From positions 1 to 37,330 of IMG/VR virus record IMGVR_UViG_3300045988_164629: a DNA stretch of 37,330 nucleotides; one strand, given 5' to 3'. Position numbers and translations under genes: made by a program. The notes beneath the pieces were generated by a model, which was given only the letters and a program-made list of their open reading frames with translations, searched no databases and was not told the DNA's origin. The stretch is from a virus. Positions 36,569-37,330 of this stretch are shown here, one piece after another; the stretch's first letter is position 1; every line of letters begins with the position of its first letter.

Positions 36569-36576
36569 CAAATATA
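36569..36576 (-). promoter_or_regulatory. Candidate early promoter -7 element TAtaTTTG (minus strand)
   Basis: The plus strand reads caaatata; the motif lies about 55 nt upstream of the first early ORF start at 36513. Confidence 0.3.
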
Positions 36577-36840
36577 CAAAACATTTTGAAATCACACAAC
36601 ATTTTTTCTGAGAAAATGTATTATATCTCATATGTTTTAACTATATATTAACATATTGAATACTATGTTTACATATTGCGCTGTCATTATAGCGAGTCGC
36701 CTTTTTACTCCTTCGTTTTCCATAGTGCCCTAACATGATAACCCGACCTATTGCGGTTATATATTACCCCATTTATTGTAAACATAACTTGGAGTTTTCT
36801 TTAGAAAAAAAAAGAAAGGAAATAACTACATGCAGAGGCT

Positions 36841-36895
36841 ATATATTATATATATTATTACTATATATGAATTGTATATATATACATAAAGGAGA
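36841..36895. repeat. (TA)n-rich tract, a potential DNA-unwinding element
   Basis: atatattatatatattattactatatatgaattgtatatatatacata. Confidence 0.6.
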
Positions 36896-36905
36896 TACAT
36901 TCATA

Positions 36906-36928
36906 ACGTGCGTGTGTGTGCGCGCGCA
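36906..36928. repeat. 23-nt perfectly alternating purine-pyrimidine tract acgtgcgtgtgtgtgcgcgcgca (Z-DNA-prone)
   Basis: Perfect purine-pyrimidine alternation over 23 nt with high GC, set in an AT-rich genome. Confidence 0.7.
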
Positions 36929-37019
36929 GTTCTGCGAGCTAAGGCAATGAAACACAAAGCGTTACAGAGGTGAAAATGTTAATATCTCATTTGGAATTAA
37001 GTTAAAACAATACGGAAAT

Positions 37020-37275
37020 GTTAACGGGATTGTTTCACATGAAACAGAGAGGAGAGCGGGGCGAATGATGGAGGAGAAGGGATAACGGAATCGGAAGCCA
37101 GACGAGAGAAAGCAAAGCGAGGATGAAGCAAAAAAGATGATGCGGGAAGGAAGCGGGGAATCTCTTTGGGAATCGGAATCACATAAGGGGTTGCATTGGT
37201 TAGCTCCGAAGCGAGGGGCACAGCCCCGAGCGAGGTTATCACTTCCTTTGTTTTGTTTTTGAGTCAGGGGTAAAC
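37020..37275 (+). other. Purine-rich (GA) non-coding block with repeated ggaatcggaa and gcgggg motifs; candidate packaging (pac/cos) or regulatory region upstream of the terminase genes
   Basis: Strong purine excess on the + strand and no ORF longer than a few codons; the motif occurs at 37087-96 and 37169-78. Confidence 0.35.
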
Positions 37276-37330
37276 AGGGGTAGGGGGTCGGGCTTTATTA
37301 ATAAATTTGGAAGTTCGCCTAAAAGTATTA
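37276..37330. repeat. 55-bp terminal overlap, second copy
   Basis: Identical to 1-55. Confidence 0.9.

Noticed and set aside
36735-36950. 71-aa + strand ORF in the control region
   Set aside because: It spans the (TA)n and alternating GC tracts and has no start context. The translation is low-complexity and the region looks regulatory.
37021-37242. 73-aa minus-strand ORF across the purine-rich block
   Set aside because: It is the pyrimidine-rich antisense of a GA-rich non-coding block with a Pro/Ser/Leu-biased translation. It has no promoter or terminator context consistent with the leftward early operon, which starts at 36513.

Overview
This window appears to be a complete, circularly closed genome of about 37.3 kb from a tailed dsDNA phage. 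Positions 1-55 are identical to 37276-37330, a 55-bp terminal overlap that gives a unit length of 37,275 bp. The size matches a common assembler k-mer, so this is most likely a circular-contig artefact rather than a packaged terminal repeat. The genome is AT-rich and the genes checked have no Shine-Dalgarno sequence upstream. A TAnnTTTG -7-like motif lies upstream of three genes. BspA-type leucine-rich-repeat, BACON and immunoglobulin-like domains are present. Together these point to a Bacteroidetes-type host, but that is inference. The + strand from 66 to 21536 carries the late module. It runs from a putative small terminase and the large terminase (Walker A/B motifs) through the portal and a head-morphogenesis protein. 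Then come a protein with a BspA-like leucine-rich-repeat domain and an unusual single open reading frame that fuses prohead protease, acidic scaffold and major capsid protein. After these is a P2/Mu-like contractile tail in the order sheath, tube, tail chaperone with a -1 frameshift, tape measure, baseplate proteins and a tail fibre with a 30-bp tandem repeat. Holin, GH24 lysozyme and a spanin-like protein follow. The - strand from 36513 down to 21846 carries the early module: an ArdA-like antirestriction protein, RecT plus a YqaJ exonuclease, a replication initiator with internal GGGTTT/AAACCC iterons, a beta-class DNA methyltransferase, a Cys-rich protein and a PAPS-reductase-like PP-loop gene broken at an A8 run. 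Further along are DUF551, ASCH-like and YopX proteins, a phospholipase-C-like phosphodiesterase, an Hjc-like resolvase and a clearly Dps/ferritin-like protein. The two modules meet at 21.55-21.85 kb in a non-coding region with a terminator hairpin and repeated TTTCACAAC motifs. They diverge from a roughly 830-bp control region (36.5 kb to 66) that holds a (TA)n tract, a 23-nt alternating purine-pyrimidine tract and a 250-bp purine-rich block. No integrase, repressor, tRNA or CRISPR array was detected. All functional calls rest on motifs recognised by eye and need HMM or BLAST confirmation.
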